Positions 34,977 to 45,620 of a stretch of 45,620 nt of DNA are shown here, piece by piece; the stretch's first letter is position 1; every line of letters begins with the position of its first letter. Below the pieces are notes generated by a model, which saw nothing but the letters and a program-made list of their open reading frames with translations, was not told the DNA's origin and ran no database searches. Position numbers and translations under genes: made by a program. This stretch comes from Chiloscyllium plagiosum. Its lineage: Eukaryota. The stretch spans positions 1-45,620 of the forward strand of contig NW_025214539.1 in assembly GCF_004010195.1 (NCBI RefSeq). The letters are read 5' to 3'.

Positions 34977-37069
34977 ATCTTCCACACTCCGCAATTCACC
35001 CTAACCCCTTACCAGCATACTTCATGCACTTACCTTGCGCTGTGCTCGTCAGTGTGGCTGTGGGGCCTTTAGACATGGTTGATTTTATTGGAATGTCACT
35101 GCAGTGCTGCAAGCCCTAGTGGTTCAAAGCCGCTAGTCCTGCAATCCTCTTTTAAAACAGGTTAATGCAAGTTAGGCTGCCTCTTGTAAAACACTAACAT
35201 ATGAATAGGGAGAGTTGAGAGAGATATGGGCCAAATGCTGGCAAATGGGACTAGATTGGGTTGGAATATCTGGTCAGCATGGACTGTTTGGACAGAAGAA
35301 TCTGGTTCAGTGCTGGACATCTCTATGACTCTATAACAACAAAAACAAAATCTAAACAGAATCTTCACAATTTTTTTTTGTTAAAGCATCCCAGTGTGTG
35401 TCTGTGTCTGTGTCAGTGTGTGTGTGTGACTGTGTCTCTGAGAGAGACAGCGTGTGTATGTGTGTCTCAGTCAGTGTGTGTGTGAGTGTGAGAGAGAGTG
35501 TGTATGTGTGAACGGGTGTGTGTGTGTGTGAGTCTGTGTCGGTGTGTGTGAGTCACACACACACACTGACACTGACACACACACTCTCAGCGGCACACAG
35601 TCACACTCATACTGATGCAGACATACACACACTCTCTCTCTCAGAGATGTACAGTCTCACACACATACTGACACAGACACCCCCTATACCTTCCACCCTT
35701 CACCTTAAATTTATGTCCCCTTGTAACACTTTGTTGTACCCAGGGAAAAAGTTTGAAAATACAATGCTCCAAAAGCGTGCTAAGAGGAGTTTTGGTATTG
35801 GCGCAAGCTGTACTGTGGGAAAGAAACTACCAAGGTATTTCACTTCTGCCAACTGTTGTGGTTATGATCCAATAACTTTTCATTTAAAATTTCAATTGCC
35901 TGCTCTTTACCAAGAGAATAAAGTGGAAGATTCTATCGTCTGAAGTAAATGCGACATCTTTTTTTTTAAACAATGCAGAGGAAACAACGCGCACACTGAA
36001 TATTATCAATCTGATGCTCAGAATTAACAAGAGATAAGTGTGAATTAACCAGCAAACAGTGAATGAATGTGAATGATAATATAGCACACTGAATGCCGGA
36101 TTTAGATCGACTTCAGTAATTTGCTCAGATTTTCGGGATACCATAAGGTCATGTCTTCCTTGTGAGAAATATCAGCTCCTCTCTTTCAAAGAGCCAGCTT
36201 GATTTCCAGCTGATAGTGACTTCATTCCAAGGGTACAATCCAAAAGGCATGCCATTCATCGCCCCCTCAGCTCTGCCCTCACATCAACTTTCTTGCCTTC
36301 TGCTACCCGCTGAACCAACTTTGTTTCCTCTCTGTGACAGTGTCCTTGTTGATCTGTCTCTGACGACCTGCTGTTCACTTGCACCAATATTGGAATTATA
36401 ATGTTTCAAAACAGTCTCGCCCTCTGGTCATTCATGTACAAATCATTATGTGTCAGTCGCCAGACTGAGAACAGGAGGGATAGAATTTTAAATGCAATGC
36501 CACTTTGCTTTTTTGAAATTTGGATTTAGTAAGCATAGTGAATTGTTCCTAGCTTGTACAAGAGGTTCTCAAAGAGCTTCTCTTGAATCCAAAGCTAATC
36601 CTTGTTACATGCTCATAAATAGTCATTAACGCTGTTGAGAATGAGTTTACCAGGTGTAGACTGACATTGCTATAAGATTCCCGATGAGGAAGAGCACTTG
36701 TTGTTGAGAACACAATGTTACTGGTGGCAGGAACATTGCTTGACACTGCCATCCCCTAGCAACCTCATCGTATCCACTGATGGGAGGTGGATTAATTACC
36801 AAACCTATGTCTGACACAACTGCAAACTCATAGCTTTAGTCGTTGCGTCCATTCGGATTATCATTAAGAAAAATCTTCATAGTTACGTTTGAGGTTTCAG
36901 GGCAACTAATTCCTGATGAAGATCTTACACTCAAAACGTCGACTCTCCTGCTCCTCAGGTGCTGCCTGACCTGCTTTGCTTTTTGACTCATCAATTTTTT
37001 TTGTTAAGGGTTTAATTTATTCATAAGCCAACATCCACCCAATTTTTCCTGAGCTATCTTACTGGTTAG

Positions 37070-37420
37070 CAGGGGGTGGAACTGTGGCTCAGTGGTTAGC
37101 ACTGCTGCCTCACAGCAGCAGGGACCCTGGTTCGATTCCACCCTCAGGCGACTGTGTGTGGAGTTTGTATATTCTGCCCATGTGTGCGTGAGTTATCTCC
37201 AGGTGCTCTGGTTTCTTCTCAAAATCCAAAGATGTGCATGTTAGGGCAGACTAGCCATGCTAAATTACCCATAGTGTCCAGGGCTATGTGTATTATGCAT
37301 GGAAATGCCGAGCAATAGAGATAGGATAGGAAGGGTTGGCTCTGGATGGGCTGGTCATTGGAGAGTTGGTGCAGACTTGTTTGGCTGAATGGCCTATTTT
37401 CCACACTGGAGGGATTCTCT
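37070..37420 (+). mobile_element. HE1-like SINE
   Basis: GTGGCTCAGTGGTTAGCACTGCTGCC...GGTTCGATTCC. Confidence 0.87.
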
Positions 37421-37474
37421 GATCTCTTTCTCTCAATATGGCTATTTATAGTGCTTTGGCCTCGCAAGCTGCAG

Positions 37475-37685
37475 AGGTTGGTTAACTCAGTTGGTCTGTG
37501 ATGTAGTGCGACACTAACAGCATGGGTTCAATTCCTGCATCAGCTGAGGTTATTGTGAAGATATTGCCTCCTAAACCTCATCTGAGGCATGGTGACCCTC
37601 AGGGTAACCTCACCACTGGGGGTCTCCTTTTCTCGAATGCAAGAGCAGCCCAATGGTTCAGTAAGGACTGCAGTGGCTCTGAGTC
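37475..37685 (+). mobile_element. Second tRNA-derived SINE family (minus-strand relatives at about 11985-12110 and 13085-13190)
   Basis: TAACTCAGTTGG (A box), GGGTTCAATTCC (B box), then GCTGAGGTT...ATGGTGACCCTCAGG. Confidence 0.55.
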
Positions 37686-38004
37686 TTAGTGAAGCTTGAA
37701 GAAAGATATTTCCTTGAAGCTTTTCATCCTGCATTTAGCAAGATAATTTTCAAGCAATAGGGAAAATAGCATTTACACTGTATGACGAGAGAGTGCTGAT
37801 TGGGTGACAAGTGGACTGTGATTGTCAGAAGATTGGAAAATGCAACAGTTAATAATGACTGACAATTAACTTCCAGCCAGGACGGCAGACTTTGATTGAT
37901 TGAGGTATTGCCCTAAAAAGCAGAGTATGATGGATGCATATTTTGCTGAGTTGGAAAAGACAGAATATGTTGCATCTTCTTTCCATCTATGTTTTTTAAA
38001 TATA

Positions 38005-38260
38005 GAATCTCTACAGTGAGAAAACAGGCCATTCGGCCCAACAGGTCCACACCAACCCTCCGAAGAGTAACCCACCCAGACCCATTCCCCTACCCTACTA
38101 CTCTACATTTACCTCAGACTAATGCACTGAACCTGCACATCCCTGAACACGATAGGCAATTGAGCATGGCCAATTCACCCTAACCTACACAGCTTTGGAC
38201 AGTTGGAGAAAAACCGAAACACCCAATGGAAACCCATGCAGACACGTGGCTGAATGTCCT
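38005..38260 (-). mobile_element. HE1-like SINE, 5'-truncated
   Basis: Reverse complement of the V domain and tail. Confidence 0.8.
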
Positions 38261-38524
38261 CCAGTACATGCTGGGATACTATGCTGCAAATCCGATTAAT
38301 AATGCTAAATTGGTTGTTAATATAATTCCTTTCACACTCAGGATTATACAGCAAATGTTGTCCAATTGCTGAATCACATGTAACGTGGAATCATATCGAA
38401 TGTGGGTTTTGCAAGTGCAGGAGGCTGGGAGGGTATAATCCATACCTTGCTTCTTGTGAACAGCTGAGGGCATATACTGTTTGATATGAGCCTTGGGACA
38501 TATGACCTTTATAACTAATTTAAA

Positions 38525-38832
38525 CAATTTTTGAATTCATCCATGGGATACGGGCTTCATTGCCTTGGCAGTATTTATTGCCCGTCCCTAGTTGCCCCTT
38601 GAGAATGTGGTGGCGAACTGTCTTCATGAATCGCTGCAGTCCACCTGCTGTGGGTTGACCCACAATGCCATTATGGAGGGAAATCCAGGAATTTGTCCTC
38701 GGCAACAGTGAAGAAACGCCGATATATTTCCAAATCATGATGATGAGTGGCCTGGAGGGGAACTCGAAGGTGATGGTGTTCCCATATATCAGCTGCCTTT
38801 GTCCTTCTAGATGGAAGTGGTCATGAGTTTGG
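38525..38832 (-). mobile_element. 3' end of the same CR1/L2-group LINE family as 13590-15465
   Basis: Reverse complement of about 15195-15460 (TTTATTGCCCGTCCCTAGTTGCCC). Confidence 0.8.
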
Positions 38833-38859
38833 ACATCTCACTGGCATCATTCATGTATG

Positions 38860-39140
38860 GGGACGCAAACACGAGGGGACACAACTTTAAAGTGAGGGGA
38901 GCTAAGTATAAAACAGATGTCAGAGGTAGTTTCTTTACTCAGAGAGTAGTAAGGATATGGAGTGCTTTGCAGTAGATTCGCCAAGTTTAAGTGCATTTAA
39001 GTCGTCATTGGACAGGCAAATAGACATACATAGAATAGTGTAGGTGGGATGGGCTTCAGATTAGTATGACAGGGCGGCGCATCATGGAGGGCCGAAGGGC
39101 ATGTACTGCATTGTAATGTTCTATGTCCTATGCCCTATGT
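38860..39140 (+). mobile_element. CR1 3' fragment
   Basis: TRGHNFKVRG...FFTQRVVRIW; GGGCCGAAGGG; CTATGT-type tail repeats. Confidence 0.8.
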
Positions 39141-39399
39141 CTCTAGCTTCATTGATGCTCTAATACTTGAGATATGCTATAGCGTCTGGGTAATTTAAAA
39201 TAGACCAATCACTTTTTAAGACCAAAATTCTATTCATGAGTTTATGTAACGTACAGTGGGAAATGATGCAGCCTATTTCAGCACCGGCCTTACATGGTGA
39301 ACCAGTGATTCAGGCTGCATTTAAGAAGTTATTGATCAGGTCAATCTGGCATCTGGGTAATGAATGAACAGGAATTTCAATGCTTGTGTGATGTTACTC

Positions 39400-39675
39400 A
39401 TGATTTGGAGATGCCAGTGTTGGACTGGGACATACAAAGTTAAAAATCACGCAACACCAGGTTATAGTCCAACAGGTTTATTTGGAAGCACTAGCTTTTG
39501 GAGCGCTGCTCCTTCATCAGATGGTTATGGAGAATAAGATTGTAAGACACAGAATTTATAGCAAAAGTTTACAGTGTGGTGTAACTGAAATTCTATATTG
39601 AAAAAGACCTGGATTTGCTTGTGAAGTATCTCAGTATTTAGAATGACCATGTTGGTTTCAGTTCTTTCATATATA
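39400..39675 (-). mobile_element. PLE family A terminal fragment
   Basis: Similar to 11044-11215. Minus-strand core CTGATGAAGGAGCAGCGCTCC-AAAA-GCTA (39492-39520, G12 mutated). Confidence 0.78.
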
Positions 39676-41254
39676 TTCATATTCATCCATATGAAAGACT
39701 GTGAGAGAGAGCAAAGTGGATGGAGGGAGTAATGCGAGCTTAAAAACTTGGAAACAGAAATCAAAACTTTGTCACCATGGAACAGAACTGTCCATCTTTC
39801 TGGAAAGAAAATTGATCTCGGCTTGATGTACTGAATGTTTAGTGACTAATCACTACTTTCCCAGCTTGCTAAAAGCTGTTGGTAAAATCTAATTCTAGAT
39901 CCTTGTATTACAATGTGACCTTGCAGGTTTTCCCCATGTTGCAGTCACCACAGTCTCTCTCTGCCTCTCTCCCTGTTGTTTTCCTTCTGTCCATTAGCGA
40001 CAGTGCTTTTGAGCAGACCAAAGGGGTAATTGCTTTCTGAATGATGACATGCAAGAAAAGTAACAGCGAGACAGTTTAATATAGTGTTCTTTTATTAGTT
40101 CTTTGTAAGGGTTTGCCACTGTTTTGCGTCTTGGGTGGAGAATTATAGCAGGTTTTCTAGTGTTAGTCTCATCAAAAAAATTCCAAAATTCAGAAATGTC
40201 TTAGAGCCAAATAATTTCGCCTAGTGATGCCATAGCATCATAGCTAAAATCAGACGAGCAACATTCTGTGCAGTTAGCCAAATAAAAAGTGCACAACCTA
40301 TCATTATGACTGACATTTAATCAGTAGTGAACCCTATTCCTGATTGTGAAGGTAAGTTATAACCAATGTATCCATGGTAACACAAGATGTGAGGTAAAAA
40401 TGTAACAGGCAATTTAAAATCAGGGAATTGTGAGGCAATTATTTCTGGGACAGCCTCTGTCACTGGAAAGATTACCTTTCATTGCCTATCTCTTGCTGGC
40501 CAATTAGCAACTTGCCAAGTCAATGAAAAGTGAACTATATTGGCACGGGATTGAAGTCACATAGTGGTCAGAGTGGGTAAGGAAAGCAGGGTACTTTTAA
40601 AACAAAACCGTTAAAACCAGTGGGGACCTGCCACCATCCAATTCACCATTACTGATTTCAGCTTTTTAGATTCCGGATTTTCTAAACGGAAACAAAATCT
40701 CAGTTGGCCGTGACCTGAATTGACTTCACATTCTCGGGATTTTGGTTTCGTAATGCAATCGCTCTAATATTTTAACAGGCCCTACAATCTCCCAAATAAC
40801 TTCATGCAATGAAGAACGTTGCAAGAATTCCTCAGAATGGCAACATTTCTCTTGATTCTTTCAAGGTGTGTTTGACGTTTGGTTCACTGAATGCGTGAGA
40901 CATTTTGAATGTAGAATTCAAGATGGTGACAACAACAAGGACAGCAGAGCAAGGTGTATCTAACCCAATGGTAACTTTTATTGAATGGCAAACAGAAGGT
41001 AAATTGAGTAAATAGCAATAATTAAAGTGACTGCACTCTGCTCAGGTCCCAGTGTAATCTTACTTCTCTCTGGTAGTTGTTAGTTAAGATGCGGTACAAT
41101 TATTTTGTAATTGGCACCAGCTCAACAATGTCATGGAGAACCTGTCACAAATTTATTCCCACTATCATCAGCACAACATAAGTAACAAGAAGTATTGTAG
41201 ATTATCAATATTTCTTTGGGAGCACCAATTGAACACTCTGACCACTACCATGGA

Positions 41255-41578
41255 TGGTGTGGTGACTCAGTGGTTAGCACTGCTGCCTCACAATGCCAGG
41301 GACATAGTTCTATTCCAACTCTCTGTGTGGAGTTTGCACATTCTCCCCGTGTGTGTGTGGGTTTCCTCCAGGTGCTCCGGTTTCCTCCCACAATTCAAAG
41401 ATGTGCAGGTTAGGGTGAATTGGCCATGCTAAATTGCCCATTGTGTTTAGGGGTGTAAAGGTGAGGTGCATTGGTCATGGGAAAAAGGTCAGGGAATGAG
41501 TCTAGGTGGGTTACTCTTCAGAGGATCAGTGTGGACGTCTTGGGCCAAATGGCCTGTTTACACACTGGAGGGATTCTT
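41255..41578 (+). mobile_element. HE1-like SINE
   Basis: Head, V domain and tail as at 13250. Confidence 0.87.
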
Positions 41579-42944
41579 TTCTGGTGTTGTGTGATTTTTA
41601 ATTTTCTTAATTTTGTTTCCTTTACCTTCAAAACAATCCTGTTTCAGTGAGGCTATTATTTTCCATATTTGAAAAATAATCTGACAATCGTCAAAGTAGA
41701 TGTAAAATTCAGCTCTAAGCGTCGGTATAGTTCTAAACCATCTGACTAAATAAACCTCATTAACTATCTCCCCAGCCTCACAGTATCCCTCACACCCAGT
41801 TCTCGCCCTATCCTCCCACATTATGCTCCAGGAGCAACTTGCCACTTCAACCGGTCCATCTCTGACTCCTCCCTTCCTTCTCTTGACATCTCTATTCCCA
41901 TTTCTGGGAATAGGCTGGCCACTGATTCCCATCAGGGCAAAATGAGGACTGCAGATTCTGGAGAATCACACAGGGAGAATATGCAAACTCTACACAGTTA
42001 CCCAAGGTCCCTAGTGCTATGAGGCAGCAGTGCTGACTACTGAGCCCCTGAGCCACCGTGTCAATCCCTGGATTGCTCTGTGTTATTCCTACTAACATGC
42101 CCCATTTCACTGGCACCACTGCCAGTTCAGTTGTCATGGCTGTTTTTAAGTAATTAAACACTCTCTGATTCTCCCGAAATGTTGGGGCGATACTGCACAT
42201 CAGCTGCTGTCTCCAAAAGCCATCATTTAGATCCTGCCATTCTGTCTCATTTTAGACCATTACATCCTGATTATGTAATCAGTACGCTATTTATATTTCT
42301 CTTCATTTGTACCAAACACTAATTCATTTTTTTTCTGGCAGGTGGTCAGTTTGGCAACATGACAAATGATTTTATTTTGCCACTGAGAGAGAACAGTATT
42401 GTTGTTCTGAAACAGACTGGTCTCAGTTGGCCGTAACCATTTGGGGCTCCGGGTATAACGTTGACTCCTATCTGTGGCACGTCAATAGCCCCGTTGTGTA
42501 ATAGTGTCAGATATTTCCTTTCTTCGTCTGTTTCAAACTGACACATCTTATTTTCCAAATCCCATGCTTTGCTCCTTGTTGCAGGGTTGTTATTAGACCT
42601 GAGCAAATATTAGCTCTCGCTGATGTGTTTCTGTACTTTTTGCTCAGATCCCAGCCTGCCCTGACCATTTACAGTGGCAATTTTTCCTTCCTTTAGGTTT
42701 TTTTTTTGTCTTACCAAGTGCGCTGTGGCCCAGTTGGATCATCTGCATTTCATTTGTCCTCTTTTATTTTTGCTGCGAGCTCTGAAACAACTCCACAGAG
42801 GTCAGTATCCCGTCACCCACATAGAGATTCCTTGACACTGGTTTGTCTTCTTCAGTGAACAGAATCTCTGACATTCCTGTTTCTATCTGTCAGCCATGGC
42901 TCCCTGATTAGACCAGGGTAACAGCCCCAGTCAGGGAAACCGTA

Positions 42945-43262
42945 TTAGATTAGATTCGATTCCCTACAGTGTGGAAACAAGCTCCTCGACCCAACCAGCC
43001 CAAGCCGACCCTCCGAACAGTAAACCACCCAGACCCATTTCCCTCTGACTAACGCACCTAACACTATGGGCAATTTAGCATTTAGCCAATTCACCTGACC
43101 TGCACATCTTTGGAATGTGGGAGGAAACCGGAGCACCCAAAGGAAACTCACGCTGACGTGGGGAGAACATGCAAACTCCACACAGACAGTTGCCCGAGGC
43201 TGGAATCGAATCTGGGACCCTGGTGCTGTGAGGCAGCAGTGCTAACCACTGAGCCACCGTGT
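42945..43262 (-). mobile_element. HE1-like SINE, full length
   Basis: Reverse complement of 13250-13567 including the (TAATC)n tail. Confidence 0.92.
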
Positions 43263-43359
43263 AACCTGGCTGGCCTCATTAATTATCTAGTTAATAATCC
43301 TCCCCAGACAATGCTTGAGTTCCAAACTGTTAGTGTGGGTCAGTTGTTGTCAGTGGCAT

Positions 43360-43582
43360 GAGTCAAGATTAGAGTGGTGCTGGAAAAGCGCAGCAGGTCA
43401 GGCAGAATCCGAGGAGCAGGAAAATTGATGTTTCGGGCAGGAGCCCTTCATCAGGAATGAGGGGCTCATTCCCGAAACATTGATGTTCCTGCTCCTCGGA
43501 TGCTGCCTGACCTGCTGTGCTTTTCCAGCACCACTCTAATCTTGACTCTGATCTCCAGCATCTGCAGTCCTCACTATTGCCC
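43360..43582. mobile_element. Palindromic PLE family B unit with 15-bp TSD
   Basis: Arms at 43360-43450 and about 43458-43548. TGTTGTCAGTGGCAT (43345-43359) / TGTTGTCAGTGGTAT (43583-43597). Minus-strand core at 43427-43454. Confidence 0.88.
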
Positions 43583-44207
43583 TGTTGTCAGTGGTATATC
43601 TCTCCATTCCTTCTTCTCAACGTGGGCATGTTAATTGTAACTCATTCCGAGTGTCTCACTATACACCCTTCGGCCGAACCCTTACTGATTGTTTCGGTTG
43701 GACTCAGAATCAAGAGTGATTTTGACTTTGGGATAATAAATTGCAGGAAGTTCTGTCTTTGCTCTAACCGTGCACGATAACTCAGAAGGTATTTATCTTG
43801 GCTTAGCCATCACTTATACGTTTCCTCTGTCATTAGAGAGGCCCCATCCTCATCTCTATTCTGTTGTGGAGTATTTTAAAGCAACATCCAACACTAAGTC
43901 TCTTCATTCATATGATAAGCAGTCTTTATTGGTATGTTGTCAGGAAGACATTCTAAACTGGTAACCCCAGAGATTGTTTCCACCGACAGAATTTCAGGCA
44001 GTTTACATACTATTCTGCAAGCTTTGATGCAGCTTACAGCAAGGCTGACATTGTTAACAAAGGACAATATAGGACATTACAAACAATGACACAAAATGAA
44101 CGCCATTGGATAATTGAATTAAAAAGTGAAAGAAGTCATTGTCACAATTAATAGGTCCAGACAACACTTATTCACCGCAGCCATAGAGTCATAGAGATGT
44201 GTAACAT

Positions 44208-44508
44208 CCAACCGGAACTTTATCAACAAACACATTGACTTCGACCCAATTTACCACCTCCTGAGAGAAAGAACAGGAAATGACATCACCACCGGAAATT
44301 ACATCATCACAGGAAATGACGTCACCGACTCAAAGAAATCCAAACATATAAATAGAAAGCAGGAAGCATCAGCAGTGCTTGATCCAGAGGTTCATTGAAG
44401 ATGTTACCTAGTAGGGTGATGAAATGTCTGGAAATGAACCTTCCAGCTCAGTGAGCAAACCTACAACCAGAACCTCAACCTGAGCTACAAATCTTCTCAA
44501 AACTTGCT
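44208..44508 (+). mobile_element. Penelope-like 3' fragment (family D) inserted in a minus-strand CR1 tail (44182-44700)
   Basis: Encodes NRNFINKHIDFDPIYHLLR (PLE GIY-YIG C-terminal motif). Hammerhead-like TTGAAGA-T-GTTACC/GGTGAT-GAAA-TGTC at 44395-44428. TSD AGATGTGTAACAT / AGATGTATAGCAT. Confidence 0.72.
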
Positions 44509-45019
44509 AGATGTATAGCATGGAAACAGACACTTTGGTCCAACTCATGCTGACCAGATATCCTAAATTAATCTAGTCCCACTTGCTCGTGCTTGGTCCA
44601 TATCCCTCTAAACCCTTCCTATTCATGTACCCATTCAGATACTCTTAAATGTTGTAATTGTACCAGCCTCCACCACTTCCTCTGGCAGCTCAGTCCATAC
44701 CAACCTGAGCAAGCCATTGGCATCTCAGCTAAACACCTCAACTCAAAGATGGCACCTTGGACAGCAGCAATACTCCCTGATTAGAATGAATTCAGTCTTG
44801 ATTTTTATACTGTGAGCATTGGAATGGGGCTACAAACTTGGGAGTTTGAGCCAAGTCTGCTACAAATGGAGCCTATCTCACTTGATTGTCAGCCAGCTGA
44901 TCTTGTCTTCCTCTGACTTCGGTCCCAATCTAATATGGGAGACTAAATACCAACTTAGGTAATGTACACATCCCAATAACTTTTTTTTTAAAAACAAAAC
45001 ATTCTATACACATATGCAT

Positions 45020-45460
45020 TAGGAGCAGAAATAAAGCATTCATCCCCATGTCTCTTATCTATTATTTATTAAGATCTGCTTATGCTTTGAATTTCATATG
45101 TCCATCTATTCCTGAATGCCATTAATTCCCTTTCCATGACCTCCTTCACCTTCTGACACACAGAGTCTCAAAATTGCACAATGCTCATAAAATATTCTCC
45201 GCGTCGCTGTCCTAAAAGGGCGATCTTTAACTTTCAAACAGTGCCTGCTAGTTCTCACTCACCCCCAAGAGGAAACATGGTCATATTATGCCAAGACTGC
45301 ACAGGATCTTGCACCATTTAATCAAGTCACCCACCACTCTTCCAATTCCAGTGGAATCAAGCCAAGTTTGTATAACCTTTCTACAGGGAACAACCTTTTC
45401 ATTCCAGGTATCAATGTGATTTGCCTCCTCTGATCCACCTCCACCACACTGGCATCCTCC
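45020..45460 (-). mobile_element. Old CR1 3' fragment
   Basis: TTAGGAGCAGAA tail and degenerate ORF2-end similarity. Confidence 0.55.
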
Positions 45461-45469
45461 CTAAACCGG

Positions 45470-45600
45470 GAGAAAGTGAGCTCTGCAGATGCTGGAGATC
45501 AGAGACAAAGAGTGTGGTGCTGGAAAAGCACAGCAGGTCAGGCAGCATCTGAGGAGCAGGAGAGTCGACATTTCGGGCATAAGCCCTTCATCAGGAAGGG
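45470..45600 (-). mobile_element. PLE family B terminal fragment with hammerhead core
   Basis: Minus strand CTGATGA-A-GGGC(TTAT)GCCC-GAAA-T-GTC at 45594-45567. Confidence 0.82.
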
Positions 45601-45620
45601 TTCATTCCTTTCTTAAACTG

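Noticed and set aside
43360..43582. Classical DNA-transposon MITE
   Set aside because: Arms are unequal, centres differ between copies, TSDs are long and variable, and the same sequence occurs as a single arm attached to PLE GIY-YIG remnants.

Overview
Eukaryotic (vertebrate, almost certainly elasmobranch/shark) genomic DNA with N gaps. The organism call rests on HE1-type tRNA-derived V-SINEs, CR1/HER1-type LINEs and a DeuSINE/SacSINE-like element. I can support only one host gene: a complete two-exon foxi1 on the minus strand (CDS 7287-6723 joined to 5167-4638, 364 aa), with a TATA/CCAAT proximal promoter and a CTCF-like site upstream. The rest is mostly repeats: a 32-bp satellite (1-3384), a SINE-derived 53-bp minisatellite, a 16-bp TAATCT minisatellite, GT/CA repeats, many CR1, L2-like and RTE fragments, a solo LTR, and a possible Harbinger Myb/SANT remnant. 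The most notable signal is a dense set of short Penelope-like (PLE) terminal fragments from about four sequence families. They carry minimal hammerhead-ribozyme cores (CUGANGA-stem II-GAAA-short stem III-UH). Several are 130-370 bp units, many of them palindromic, flanked by 11-15 bp target-site duplications. Repeat boundaries were read by eye and are approximate; family names come from motif recognition, not a database search.
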